Assembly (NCBI GenBank): GCA_910579415.1
Contig: CAJTUY010000001.1
Location: 39,864-103,863 of the forward strand
Direction: 5' to 3'
Origin: an uncultured Clostridia bacterium
Lineage (GTDB): Bacteria; Bacillota; Clostridia; UBA1381
Length of the DNA stretch: 64,000 nucleotides
Shown: one piece after another, positions 39,329-49,111 of the stretch
Position numbering within the stretch: position 1 is the stretch's first letter
Layout of the letters: each line of letters starts with the position of its first letter
Made by a program: the position numbers and the translations under genes
Notes under the pieces: model-generated
Seen by the model: the letters and a program-made list of their open reading frames with translations, nothing else
The model's database searches: none
What the model was told of the DNA's origin: nothing

Positions 39329-40747
39329 ATGTATAACGTAAAATCAATGAATGCAGATGAATTTATCAATGATGATGAGATTAAAAGCGCTCTTCAATAT
39401 GCAGACGAAAACAAGAATAATAAAGAGCTTATAAAATCTCTTATAAACCGCGCGCGTGACTGTAAGGGACTTACTCATCGTGAAGCATCGGTATTGCTTG
39501 CGTGTGAGGACAGTGAGCTAAACAAAAAAATGTACTCTCTGGCGCGTGAGATAAAGCAAAAAATTTATGGCAATAGAATTGTTATGTTCGCGCCGCTGTA
39601 TTTATCGAATTACTGTATAAACAGCTGTGTATATTGTCCGTATCATGTTAAGAACAAGACAATATGCCGTAAAAAACTTACTCAGGAGCAGGTAAGGGAG
39701 GAAACAATTGCGTTGCAGGATATGGGTCATAAGCGTCTTGCGCTTGAAGCAGGAGAGGACCCCGTTAACAATCCGCTTGAATATATTCTCGAATGTATAG
39801 ACACGATTTACTCAATCAAACATAAAAACGGCGCAATCAGACGTGTGAATGTTAATATCGCCGCAACTACGGTTGAAAATTATAAGCGTCTGAAGGATGC
39901 AGGTATAGGAACATATATTCTGTTTCAGGAAACGTATAACAGGGAGCATTATGAGGAGCTGCATCCGGCAGGTCCCAAACATGATTACAGATATCATACC
40001 GAAGCTATGGACAGAGCAATGCAGGGCGGCATAGATGACGTGGGACTGGGTGTACTGTTTGGTCTTGACACGTATGCGTATGAACTTGCAGGTCTTTTAA
40101 TGCATGCGGAACATCTTGAGGCAGTATTCGGAGTCGGACCGCATACAATAAGCGTACCGCGTATTTGTCCTGCCGATGATATTGACGTAAACGACTTTTC
40201 AAACGCAGTACCTGATGAGATATGGCATAAGCTTATTGCTATTATAAGAATTGCAGTGCCGTATACGGGTATGATTGTTTCAACGAGAGAAACTGCGAAA
40301 AACCGTGAACGCGCTTTAGAGCTTGGTATATCGCAGATAAGCGGCGCATCAAGCACGAGCGTCGGCGGTTATGTAAAGCCGGAAAGTGAAGAGGATAATA
40401 CCGCGCAGTTTGACAGAAGCGACACGCGAACCCTTGACGAGGTTGTAAACTGGCTTCTTGAGCTTGGGTATATACCATCGTTCTGTACCGCTTGTTACCG
40501 TGAAGGAAGAACAGGCGACAGGTTTATGTCGCTTGCCAAAACAGGCGCGATACAAAACTGCTGTCAGCCGAACGCGCTTATGACATTGGAGGAATATCTC
40601 TGCGATTACGCATCTGATGAAACGCAGAAAAACGGCAGACGCGTTATAGAGAGCGAACTTGAAAAAATTCCAAATGATAATGTTAAGCGTATCGCAAAAG
40701 AAAATATAGAAAAAATTCAAAATGGTGAAAGAGATTTTAGATTTTAA
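39329..40747 (+). CDS. hydG: [FeFe]-hydrogenase H-cluster radical SAM maturase HydG
   Basis: CINSCVYC radical-SAM motif plus C-terminal CTAC-x22-C auxiliary-cluster motif (absent from ThiH); ends in RDFRF. Confidence 0.92.
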   Translation: MYNVKSMNADEFINDDEIKSALQYADENKNNKELIKSLINRARDCKGLTHREASVLLACEDSELNKKMYSLAREIKQKIYGNRIVMFAPLYLSNYCINSCVYCPYHVKNKTICRKKLTQEQVREETIALQDMGHKRLALEAGEDPVNNPLEYILECIDTIYSIKHKNGAIRRVNVNIAATTVENYKRLKDAGIGTYILFQETYNREHYEELHPAGPKHDYRYHTEAMDRAMQGGIDDVGLGVLFGLDTYAYELAGLLMHAEHLEAVFGVGPHTISVPRICPADDIDVNDFSNAVPDEIWHKLIAIIRIAVPYTGMIVSTRETAKNRERALELGISQISGASSTSVGGYVKPESEEDNTAQFDRSDTRTLDEVVNWLLELGYIPSFCTACYREGRTGDRFMSLAKTGAIQNCCQPNALMTLEEYLCDYASDETQKNGRRVIESELEKIPNDNVKRIAKENIEKIQNGERDFRF

Positions 40748-40794
40748 AATACACTCTGATTATACAATAAATTACCACATACACAAAATTGCAC

Positions 40795-40838
40795 AAAAAG
40801 CAACCGTTATATTACTGCAATATGACGGTGCTTTTTTT
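40795..40838 (+). terminator. Terminator after hydG
   Basis: AAAAAGCAACCGTTATATT-loop-AATATGACGGTGCTTTTTTT. Confidence 0.75.
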
Positions 40839-40917
40839 GTTATTCAATTGTTAAATATGGGTATATATAATATATGGATATAAATTCAGAACGGATAAAG
40901 CGAAGGAGGCTTTAATT

Positions 40918-42984
40918 ATGAAAGAATATGCAATGGACGCAATACGGAATATCGCCGTTATGGGACATGGAAAATGCGGCAAAACAACACTTACGGAGGC
41001 AATGCTGTTTAATGCGAAGGCAGTTGACCGTATGGGTAAGGTTGCCGACGGAAATACTGTGACCGACTATGACGGTGAGGAAGTAAAAAGACAGTTCAGT
41101 ATTTCCACTGCAATAGCGCCTGTCGAGTGGAAAGATATGAAATATAATATAATCGACACACCGGGATTTTTTGATTTTGCGGGCGGTGTAAAAGAGGGAC
41201 TGCGCGCCGCAGATGCCGCGCTTGTGGTGCTTTCGGGACGAAGCGGAGTAAGCGTGGGTACTGAGCAGGTGTTCAGATACGCTAAACAAAAGGGCGTTCC
41301 TACCATGTTCTTCGTGAATAAAATTGACGATGACAGAGCTGACTATACAAAGACACTTGAGGAAATGAAGTCTGTTTTCGGTAAGTCGGTTACTCCGTTT
41401 GTATATCCTATTCAGGAGGACGGAGAATTTAAAGGCTTTGTTGATATAGTGGATATGACGGCGCGCCGTTATGACGGTATTTACAGAGTGGAAATCCCTG
41501 TGCCTGAGGGCATGGCGGATATTATTGAGCCTTTGCGCGATATGATAATGGAGGCTGTCGCCGAAACTGACGAGGCGCTTATGGTTAAATATTTCAACGG
41601 CGAGGAATTTACATTTGATGAGATAAAACAGGCTATCCGCACAGGTATCAAGGACGGAAGCATTTTCCCTGTTTACTGCGGAAGCGGTCAGGATAATATC
41701 GGTGTGCGTTCGCTTATGGATGGTATAGGCAAGTATCTGCCCGCTCCGTCGGAAATAGAGGAAATCGCAAGACAGGCAGATACAGGTGAACCGGTAGAGC
41801 TTGTACAGACAGCGGAGGAAACAACAGCAGCGGTTGTGTTTAAAACAATCGCAGACCCGTATGTAGGCAAGATGTCCCTGTTCCGCGTGTATTCGGGCGA
41901 GGTTAAGGGTGACAGTATGCTGTATAATCCCAATAAGGATGCAAACGAAAAGATTGGAAAAGTGTTTAACCTATGCGGTAAAAAACAGCTTGAAGCAAAA
42001 TCAATTAAAGCAGGAGATATAGGCTGTACGGCAAAACTTGAGATTACAAAAACAGGTGATACTCTTTGTGAAAAAGGTAAAAATATTATTCTTACGGGAA
42101 TAGAATTTCCTGCACCCGTACTGTCAATGGCAGTTAAGCCACAGCAGAAGGGTGACGAGGAAAAGATTATAGGCGGTCTTACGAAGCTTATGGAGGAGGA
42201 CCCGACATTTACTGTCACCAACAATACAGAAACAAAGCAAACGCTTATAAACGGACAGGGCGAACAGCATATTGATGTTATAGTAAGCAAGCTTAAAAAT
42301 AAATATGGCGTCAACGTTATATTGGAGGAGCCGGTTGTTCCGTATCGTGAAACAATAAAGGCCAAAGCGACAGTTGAAGGCAAGCATAAGAAACAGTCCG
42401 GAGGTCACGGTCAGTATGGTCATGTAAAGATAGAGTTTGAACCGGGTATTTCCGAAGAAATGATTTTTGAAGAAAAAGTATTCGGCGGAGCAGTGCCTAA
42501 AAATTATTTCCCGGCAGTTGAAAAGGGTCTGCGTGATTCCTGTCAGAAGGGAGTGCTGGCAGGCTATCCGGTTGTGAATTTGAAGGCTACCCTGCTTGAC
42601 GGCTCATATCACCCTGTTGACTCTTCGGAAATGGCATTCAAGACAGCGGCGGCAATTGCGTATAAGGAGGGTTTAAAGCAGGCGAAACCCGTATTGCTTG
42701 AGCCTATCGGATATCTGAAGGTTTATATACCCGAAAGCATAATGGGAGATATTATAGGTGACATAAATAAGCGTCGAGGTCAGATTATGGGCATGGGTGA
42801 AAGCGATAAAGAAGGTCTTAACATGGTTGAGGCTGAAGTTCCGATGTCCGAGATGCACAAATATGCAACAGACCTGCGTTCTATGAGTCGCGGACGCGGC
42901 GTGTTTACTTTTGAGTTTACACGCTATGAACAGGCACCCGAAAATATAGCACAGAAAATTATTGCTGAGGCAAATGCTGAATAA
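40918..42984 (+). CDS. Elongation factor G paralogue (EF-G2/FusA2-like)
   Basis: GHGKCGKTT, DTPG, NKID, KKQSGGHGQYGH, GSYHPVDSSE; divergent switch I (RQFSI); not in the str operon. Confidence 0.9.
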   Translation: MKEYAMDAIRNIAVMGHGKCGKTTLTEAMLFNAKAVDRMGKVADGNTVTDYDGEEVKRQFSISTAIAPVEWKDMKYNIIDTPGFFDFAGGVKEGLRAADAALVVLSGRSGVSVGTEQVFRYAKQKGVPTMFFVNKIDDDRADYTKTLEEMKSVFGKSVTPFVYPIQEDGEFKGFVDIVDMTARRYDGIYRVEIPVPEGMADIIEPLRDMIMEAVAETDEALMVKYFNGEEFTFDEIKQAIRTGIKDGSIFPVYCGSGQDNIGVRSLMDGIGKYLPAPSEIEEIARQADTGEPVELVQTAEETTAAVVFKTIADPYVGKMSLFRVYSGEVKGDSMLYNPNKDANEKIGKVFNLCGKKQLEAKSIKAGDIGCTAKLEITKTGDTLCEKGKNIILTGIEFPAPVLSMAVKPQQKGDEEKIIGGLTKLMEEDPTFTVTNNTETKQTLINGQGEQHIDVIVSKLKNKYGVNVILEEPVVPYRETIKAKATVEGKHKKQSGGHGQYGHVKIEFEPGISEEMIFEEKVFGGAVPKNYFPAVEKGLRDSCQKGVLAGYPVVNLKATLLDGSYHPVDSSEMAFKTAAAIAYKEGLKQAKPVLLEPIGYLKVYIPESIMGDIIGDINKRRGQIMGMGESDKEGLNMVEAEVPMSEMHKYATDLRSMSRGRGVFTFEFTRYEQAPENIAQKIIAEANAE

Positions 42985-43208
42985 ATTTGCCGGCAATTAA
43001 AAAATATACAATTAACATTTTTGAAATATGTTTAGTTATTTTTACTAAAGAATAAAAACATTTTTTGTGAATTATACGACTAACATTTTATTTCAAAATG
43101 TGTTATCATATATATAACAAAAAAAGTGTAGTAATAAAAATGTGTACACTTCACAGCGGAAACAATCAGTTTTCCGTTTAATAAAACAGATGAGAGGGGA
43201 CTACCGGT

Positions 43209-44318
43209 ATGGCAGATTTACAACTTAAACACATTTACAAAAGATATGCAGGCGGTGTTACAGCCGTAAGCGACTTCACACTTGATATTGAGGATAAGGA
43301 ATTTATTATCCTTGTAGGTCCTTCGGGATGCGGTAAGTCAACAACTTTAAGAATGGTTGCAGGACTTGAGGAAATCTCGGAAGGTGAGCTTTACATCGGC
43401 GGACGTCTTGTAAATGACGTTGCACCTAAGGACAGAGATATTGCAATGGTTTTCCAGAATTATGCGCTTTATCCGCATATGACTGTATTTGAGAATATGG
43501 CATTTGGTCTGAAGCTTAGAAAGACTCCGAAAGATGAGATTAAAAAGCGTGTTACCGAAGCTGCTAAAATTCTTGATATTGAGCATCTTCTTGACAGAAA
43601 GCCAAAGGCTTTGTCGGGAGGTCAAAGACAGCGTGTGGCAATGGGTCGTGCAATTGTACGTAATCCTAAGGTATTCCTTATGGATGAGCCTTTGTCAAAC
43701 CTTGATGCTAAGCTGAGAGTGGCAATGAGAACAGAAATTAAAAAGCTTCATAACAAGCTCCAGACAACATTTATCTACGTTACTCATGACCAGACGGAAG
43801 CTATGACAATGGGTACAAGAATTGTTGTTATGAAGGACGGTATCATCCAACAGGTTGATACGCCGGCTAATCTTTATACAAAGCCTGTAAATGTATTCGT
43901 TGCAGGATTTATCGGTTCACCACAGATGAACTTTGTTACTGCTGTTCTTTCAAAGGAAGCTGACGGAGTATATGCGTCATTTGGTGACAACAAGATTAAA
44001 ATTCCTGATGGTAAGGTTACACCTGAGCTTGACAGCTATTATGGTAAGGAAGTTGTTCTTGGTATCAGACCTGAGGATATTCATGATGATGAAGCATTCA
44101 TTTCAAGTAAGCCTGATGCTGTATGTAACGCATACGTTGAGGTAACGGAAATGATGGGTGCTGAAACATATCTTTACTTGCAGGTTGCAGGCGAGCAGTT
44201 TACAGCAAGAGTTAATCAGCGTTCAACAGCTCAGACAGGTGATACAATCAAAGTTGCGTTTGAAACAAATAAGATTCATATCTTTGATAAGGAAACAGAG
44301 CTTGCAATTGTTCACTAA
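43209..44318 (+). CDS. Sugar ABC transporter ATPase (MsmK/UgpC family), stand-alone
   Basis: GPSGCGKS, VFQNYALYPH, LSGGQRQRVA, DEPLSNLD. Confidence 0.93.
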   Translation: MADLQLKHIYKRYAGGVTAVSDFTLDIEDKEFIILVGPSGCGKSTTLRMVAGLEEISEGELYIGGRLVNDVAPKDRDIAMVFQNYALYPHMTVFENMAFGLKLRKTPKDEIKKRVTEAAKILDIEHLLDRKPKALSGGQRQRVAMGRAIVRNPKVFLMDEPLSNLDAKLRVAMRTEIKKLHNKLQTTFIYVTHDQTEAMTMGTRIVVMKDGIIQQVDTPANLYTKPVNVFVAGFIGSPQMNFVTAVLSKEADGVYASFGDNKIKIPDGKVTPELDSYYGKEVVLGIRPEDIHDDEAFISSKPDAVCNAYVEVTEMMGAETYLYLQVAGEQFTARVNQRSTAQTGDTIKVAFETNKIHIFDKETELAIVH

Positions 44319-44332
44319 TACTGAAAAAACTG

Positions 44333-44362
44333 AAAGACGCGGTGTATACCGCGTCTTTTTTT
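44333..44362 (+). terminator. Intrinsic terminator
   Basis: AAAGACGCGGT-GTAT-ACCGCGTCTTTTTTT. Confidence 0.88.
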
Positions 44363-44414
44363 GCTTGCATAATGGTGATTTTGTGGTAAAATAGAATAGT
44401 AAGGGGTTGATAAA

Positions 44415-45149
44415 ATGGAAAATCAATTTTCAAGAACAGAACTTCTGATTGGCGCTGAAGGTCTGAAACGTCTTAATAATGCTCATGTTGCAGTATTCGG
44501 TGTAGGAGGTGTAGGCGGATATGCGGTTGAAGCACTTGTAAGAAGCGGTATCGGTGAAATTGATATTTTTGATAATGATACAGTATCGCTTACTAATCTT
44601 AACCGTCAGATTATTGCAGCGGGTGATACAATAGGAAGATATAAAGTTGATGTAATGGCAGAACGTGCAAAAAGCATCAACCCTGACATTACGGTTAATG
44701 CATACAAATGTTTTTATATGCCCGATAATGCGGACGAGTTTGATTTTACTAAATATTCATATATAATAGATGCAGTGGATACGGTAACGGCAAAGCTTGA
44801 AATCATCGTACGCGCCAATGAAGCTAATGTACCTGTTATAAGTTGTATGGGTGCAGGGAATAAGCTTGACGCAACACGTTTTGAAGTGGCTGATATTTAT
44901 GAAACGAGTGTTTGTCCGCTTGCCCGTACAATTCGCAGAGAGCTTAGAAAACGTAATATAAAAAAACTCAACGTTGTATATTCAAAGGAGGAAGCGTTGT
45001 CACCGTTAAAATCTGAAAATACTGAAGTAAAGGGAACAGCGGGACGCGCCGTACCGGGAAGCATGTCATATGTTCCTGCTGTTGCCGGACTTATAGCAGC
45101 AGGATATGTAATAAATCAAATTAGTTTGAATAATATTGGAGGAATATAA
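44415..45149 (+). CDS. tcdA: tRNA threonylcarbamoyladenosine dehydratase (ThiF family)
   Basis: FSRTELL, GVGGVGG, NLNRQ, MGAGNK, CPLAR. Confidence 0.88.
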   Translation: MENQFSRTELLIGAEGLKRLNNAHVAVFGVGGVGGYAVEALVRSGIGEIDIFDNDTVSLTNLNRQIIAAGDTIGRYKVDVMAERAKSINPDITVNAYKCFYMPDNADEFDFTKYSYIIDAVDTVTAKLEIIVRANEANVPVISCMGAGNKLDATRFEVADIYETSVCPLARTIRRELRKRNIKKLNVVYSKEEALSPLKSENTEVKGTAGRAVPGSMSYVPAVAGLIAAGYVINQISLNNIGGI

Positions 45150-45152
45150 GTA

Positions 45153-45623
45153 ATGAAAAATGATTTAATACGAATACTTTTTGTTTGTCATGGAAATATT
45201 TGCCGAAGCACAATGGCTGAATTTGTGATGAAGGATATGGTCAGAAAATGCGGCATGGAGGATAAGTTTTATATAGACTCTGCGGCAACAAGCACGGACG
45301 AAATAGGAAACGGAGTGCATCACGGTACCGTGAAAAAGCTTCGTGAGGTTGGTGTGCCTGTCGGAGACCACAGAGCAAGACAGATTACGGGAAAAGATTA
45401 TGAGAAATATGATTACATCATAGGTATGGACAATCAGAATTTACGCAATATGCGCCGAATGCTTCCTTATGATGGTAAAGGCAAAATATGTCTTTTGCTT
45501 GATTTCACAGAAGCGCCGCGTGATATTGCCGACCCATGGTTTACCGGTGATTTTGACGCGACATATGATGATGTTCTTAAAGGGTGTGCTGCGCTGCTGG
45601 ACAGACTTTTGGGAAAAAGATAA
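45153..45623 (+). CDS. Low molecular weight protein-tyrosine phosphatase
   Basis: VCHGNICRS, IADPW. Confidence 0.92.
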   Translation: MKNDLIRILFVCHGNICRSTMAEFVMKDMVRKCGMEDKFYIDSAATSTDEIGNGVHHGTVKKLREVGVPVGDHRARQITGKDYEKYDYIIGMDNQNLRNMRRMLPYDGKGKICLLLDFTEAPRDIADPWFTGDFDATYDDVLKGCAALLDRLLGKR

Positions 45624-45634
45624 GGAGTATAGGT

Positions 45635-48600
45635 ATGGGAATAAGCATAATACGCGGCGGAATAAGCTCAGGTAAAAGTGAGCTGTGCATGCGTCAGATA
45701 GAAAAAATACATAATGAAAATCCTGAGGCGCGCTGTATTATGATAGTGCCTGACCACTATTCCTATGAAACGGAACGTAAATTTGTAGAGAAATTTGGCG
45801 GAACAGGTCTTAATAATATTGACGTGCTTACTTTACGTAGAATGGCAATAAGCTGTCTGAGCGCAAAACAGTTAAATCATCTTACAGAATCCGGCAAGCA
45901 GATGCTTATTTTTAAGGCAGCAAATACTGCGAGAGAGGAAATAAAGGATATTGACGGTATGGATATGTCGCTTGTTACAGCCATGCAGAAGCAGGGTTTT
46001 CTTGACATTGCTTCATCTCTTATAAGTGAACTAAAACGTTATCTTATAACACCGGAAATTCTTATAAATCAAGCCGAGAATGTTGATGACAACCGTACTC
46101 TTAAAAATAAGCTTACAGTGCTTTCATCAGTATATGAAAAATACTGTTCTTATGTAGCAGAGTCTGAATGTACTGACAGTGACGACGATTTATATGCACT
46201 TGCAGAATGCATTAAGAGCGGTAATGAATTTAACAGTGATACATATGTATGGGTTAACCGTTTCGATAAATTTATGCCGCAGCAGGTTTGTGTTCTGAGA
46301 GCGCTTTTGGACAAGGGCGTACACATGACTGTAAGTGTATGCTGTCCTGAGACTGAGGATGAGAGTGAAAGAGAGCTGTACATACAGACTGAAAAAACAG
46401 TTGATTTGGTTATGCGGCTCGGTGATGAATACGGTTTTGAAGGTTCGGTAAATGCAGGCGAAGCGCTGTCGCATTTAAAAAATAAACCTGACCTTTATAA
46501 GCTTATGCGTTACTGGACGGAGGATTTTGTATACGAGAACGAGCCTAAAAACATATCATTGTTTCAGAGCCGCGATACTTACGGAGAAATAGAACGTACG
46601 GCATGCCGCATAGTTGACCTTGTCCGTGACGGAGATTACCGTTATCGTGATATTGCGATTTTATGCGGCGACGAGGAGGAATACCGTCATATAATTGAAG
46701 CAGTATTCGCGGAATACGAAATTCCATATTTTACAGACAGAAAAATAATTTTAAGCGACCATCCTATTGCAATGCAGTTACAGTCGTTAATCGGAATAAT
46801 AGGAGAGGACTGGAGCTATGAGGCGGTGTTCAGGTATCTGCGTTCGGGCTTTATTTACAGACGTACAGAGAAGGGGAAATATGTATTTTTTAATCCGCTT
46901 GACCAGGAGGATATCGACGAGCTTGAAAACTTTGTTTTAAAATACGGAATACGCGGTAGGAGCAAATGGCTTTCGGACGATACGTGGAAACGGGAAAATG
47001 ATATTATGGGAACAGCCTTTAATGATGAGAGTGAAACAGAGGTCAATGAACGGCTTGAAACGGTCAGACATGAAATAACCGCGCCGATAGCAAAGTTTAC
47101 AGAAGCGGTAAAGGGAAAAAAGACGGCAGAGGAATTTGCAGCTGCGATATTCAGTTATCTTGAGGACATAAACTTATATCAGGGACTGAAATCGGATATA
47201 GCCGCATTTAAGAAAAACGGCGATGTAAACCGTGCAGAACAATTTACAAAGATATGGAACTTAATTCTTGACGTACTTAACCAGACAGTAACTGCGCTTG
47301 GTGATGATAAAATGACTTTAGACGAGTTTGGCGAATATATGAGCGTAGGACTTTCCAAGTGCGAAATCCGTACAATCCCTTCTGCTATTGACCAGGTATA
47401 TGTGGGAAGCGTGGAAAGAAGCAGTCACTCAAATGTTAAGGTGATGTTTATTATCGGCGCGAAAAACGGCACGTTTCCGACAAGTATAAAAACAGAAGGT
47501 TTTTTGTCAAATAAGGATAGAAATACGCTCAGGGACAGCTATGGTATTGAAATTGCTCCCGATACAAAAAAGAAAATGGACGAGCAGTATTTTAAGGTAT
47601 ACAGAGCAATCGCGGCAGTAAGTGAAAAGCTGTATATGAGCTATTCAGTGCAGAATGAGAAGGGGGATAGTCAGAGCGCGTCGCATATGCTTATGGAAAT
47701 ACACCGTAAATTCCCTGAAATCAGGGTGACGGATAATTTACTTCCCGATGTAAATACAGATAAAATGTATCTTTCCTCGCCGAAGGCTACAATACACAAA
47801 ATGCTTATAAATCTTTCCAAAAGGCATACGGGTATAAGAAATCCGCTTTGGGATATTGTCCGTGAATGGTACGAGGAAAATCAGGGTTGGAAACGTATTT
47901 TATCTCTGATGGACAGGGCGGATTATTATAACCGTCGCGGCATAATGCTTGACAGTGACATTGCCGCAATGCTTTACGAAGGTAAAATCACATACAGCGC
48001 GAGCAGAATAAACACCTTTGCCCGCTGTCCGTTTGAATACTTTTTAAAATACGGTCTTGACGCGCGCGAAAGAGAGGAATGGGAAGTAACTCCTGCGAAT
48101 ATGGGAAGCTACGCGCATCGTGTCATAAACGAGTTTTGTATTGCGGTTGAGGATGGGGCGAAAACAAATGAGGAAAAAATAAACGCATGGCGCGCCCTTA
48201 CGGATACTAAGCGCACAGAAATTCTTGAAGGTATTATAAATACAGCCTGTGACAATATGACATCATCAAATGTGCGTGATAAGGAAAGAACGGCGGGTAT
48301 ATTAAGACGTATGGGGAAAACTGTTTCGGATGCGGCGGGACTGGTACAGAAAAGTCTGGCTTCAGGGAATTATGCTGAAAACGGAATGGAGTATGAATTT
48401 CAGCTTGACCTGAGCGACAGAGCATCAGTACGCGGAATTATAGACCGTCTTGATATTTGTACTGACGGTGATAAATCATATACGCGTATTATTGATTATA
48501 AAACGGGAAAAACGGAATTTAATATAGTCAATATTTTTAACGGCTATGACATGCAGATGGTAATTTATGCTCTTGCTGCTAAGCAGTTTTTGAGTGACAG

Positions 48601-49111
48601 CGGTAAAGATGCTGAAGTATCAGGAATTTATTACACAGCGGTAAAGAGTAAATACCGCGCTCTTACATCAAGGCTCACGGAGGATAATATACGTGAAAGA
48701 AATATCGGTGACCTGACACTTGACGGCGTTACCTTCGCTCCGGAAGATGAGGAGGGAAGAGCGCGCGTTATTTACAACATGGACAACGGATTTTTTCAAA
48801 ATCGTGAAAGCGCGTTCACAAGAGTTAAAATGGATAAATCGGACGTGATTACGGGAGTAGGGACCTTTGATGAAATAAACGGTCTTATGGACTATGTAAG
48901 GGACACAATAACCGATATGGACAGCCGTACTCGAAACGGTGATATACAGCTTAATCCATATGTGTCAAACGGCATAAGCGCATGTACTTTTTGCAGCTAC
49001 GGCAGTGTATGTAAATTTGATGCTGACAGAATAAACGAGCGTATTCCAGAGGGAAGCAGTGATGAAATTTGGGAAATGATGAAAAGCAGGGGAGTGACGA
49101 AACGTGGCTGA
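45635..49111 (+). CDS. addB: ATP-dependent helicase/nuclease subunit B
   Basis: N-terminal Walker-A-like GISSGKS; CPFEYF...CTFC-x5-C Fe-S cysteines; RGIIDRLD and IIDYKTG nuclease motifs. Confidence 0.92.
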   Translation: MGISIIRGGISSGKSELCMRQIEKIHNENPEARCIMIVPDHYSYETERKFVEKFGGTGLNNIDVLTLRRMAISCLSAKQLNHLTESGKQMLIFKAANTAREEIKDIDGMDMSLVTAMQKQGFLDIASSLISELKRYLITPEILINQAENVDDNRTLKNKLTVLSSVYEKYCSYVAESECTDSDDDLYALAECIKSGNEFNSDTYVWVNRFDKFMPQQVCVLRALLDKGVHMTVSVCCPETEDESERELYIQTEKTVDLVMRLGDEYGFEGSVNAGEALSHLKNKPDLYKLMRYWTEDFVYENEPKNISLFQSRDTYGEIERTACRIVDLVRDGDYRYRDIAILCGDEEEYRHIIEAVFAEYEIPYFTDRKIILSDHPIAMQLQSLIGIIGEDWSYEAVFRYLRSGFIYRRTEKGKYVFFNPLDQEDIDELENFVLKYGIRGRSKWLSDDTWKRENDIMGTAFNDESETEVNERLETVRHEITAPIAKFTEAVKGKKTAEEFAAAIFSYLEDINLYQGLKSDIAAFKKNGDVNRAEQFTKIWNLILDVLNQTVTALGDDKMTLDEFGEYMSVGLSKCEIRTIPSAIDQVYVGSVERSSHSNVKVMFIIGAKNGTFPTSIKTEGFLSNKDRNTLRDSYGIEIAPDTKKKMDEQYFKVYRAIAAVSEKLYMSYSVQNEKGDSQSASHMLMEIHRKFPEIRVTDNLLPDVNTDKMYLSSPKATIHKMLINLSKRHTGIRNPLWDIVREWYEENQGWKRILSLMDRADYYNRRGIMLDSDIAAMLYEGKITYSASRINTFARCPFEYFLKYGLDAREREEWEVTPANMGSYAHRVINEFCIAVEDGAKTNEEKINAWRALTDTKRTEILEGIINTACDNMTSSNVRDKERTAGILRRMGKTVSDAAGLVQKSLASGNYAENGMEYEFQLDLSDRASVRGIIDRLDICTDGDKSYTRIIDYKTGKTEFNIVNIFNGYDMQMVIYALAAKQFLSDSGKDAEVSGIYYTAVKSKYRALTSRLTEDNIRERNIGDLTLDGVTFAPEDEEGRARVIYNMDNGFFQNRESAFTRVKMDKSDVITGVGTFDEINGLMDYVRDTITDMDSRTRNGDIQLNPYVSNGISACTFCSYGSVCKFDADRINERIPEGSSDEIWEMMKSRGVTKRG

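Noticed and set aside
39329..40747. ThiH (thiazole synthesis) assignment
   Set aside because: The C-terminal CxxC-x22-C motif and 472-aa length fit HydG; no thi genes are nearby.
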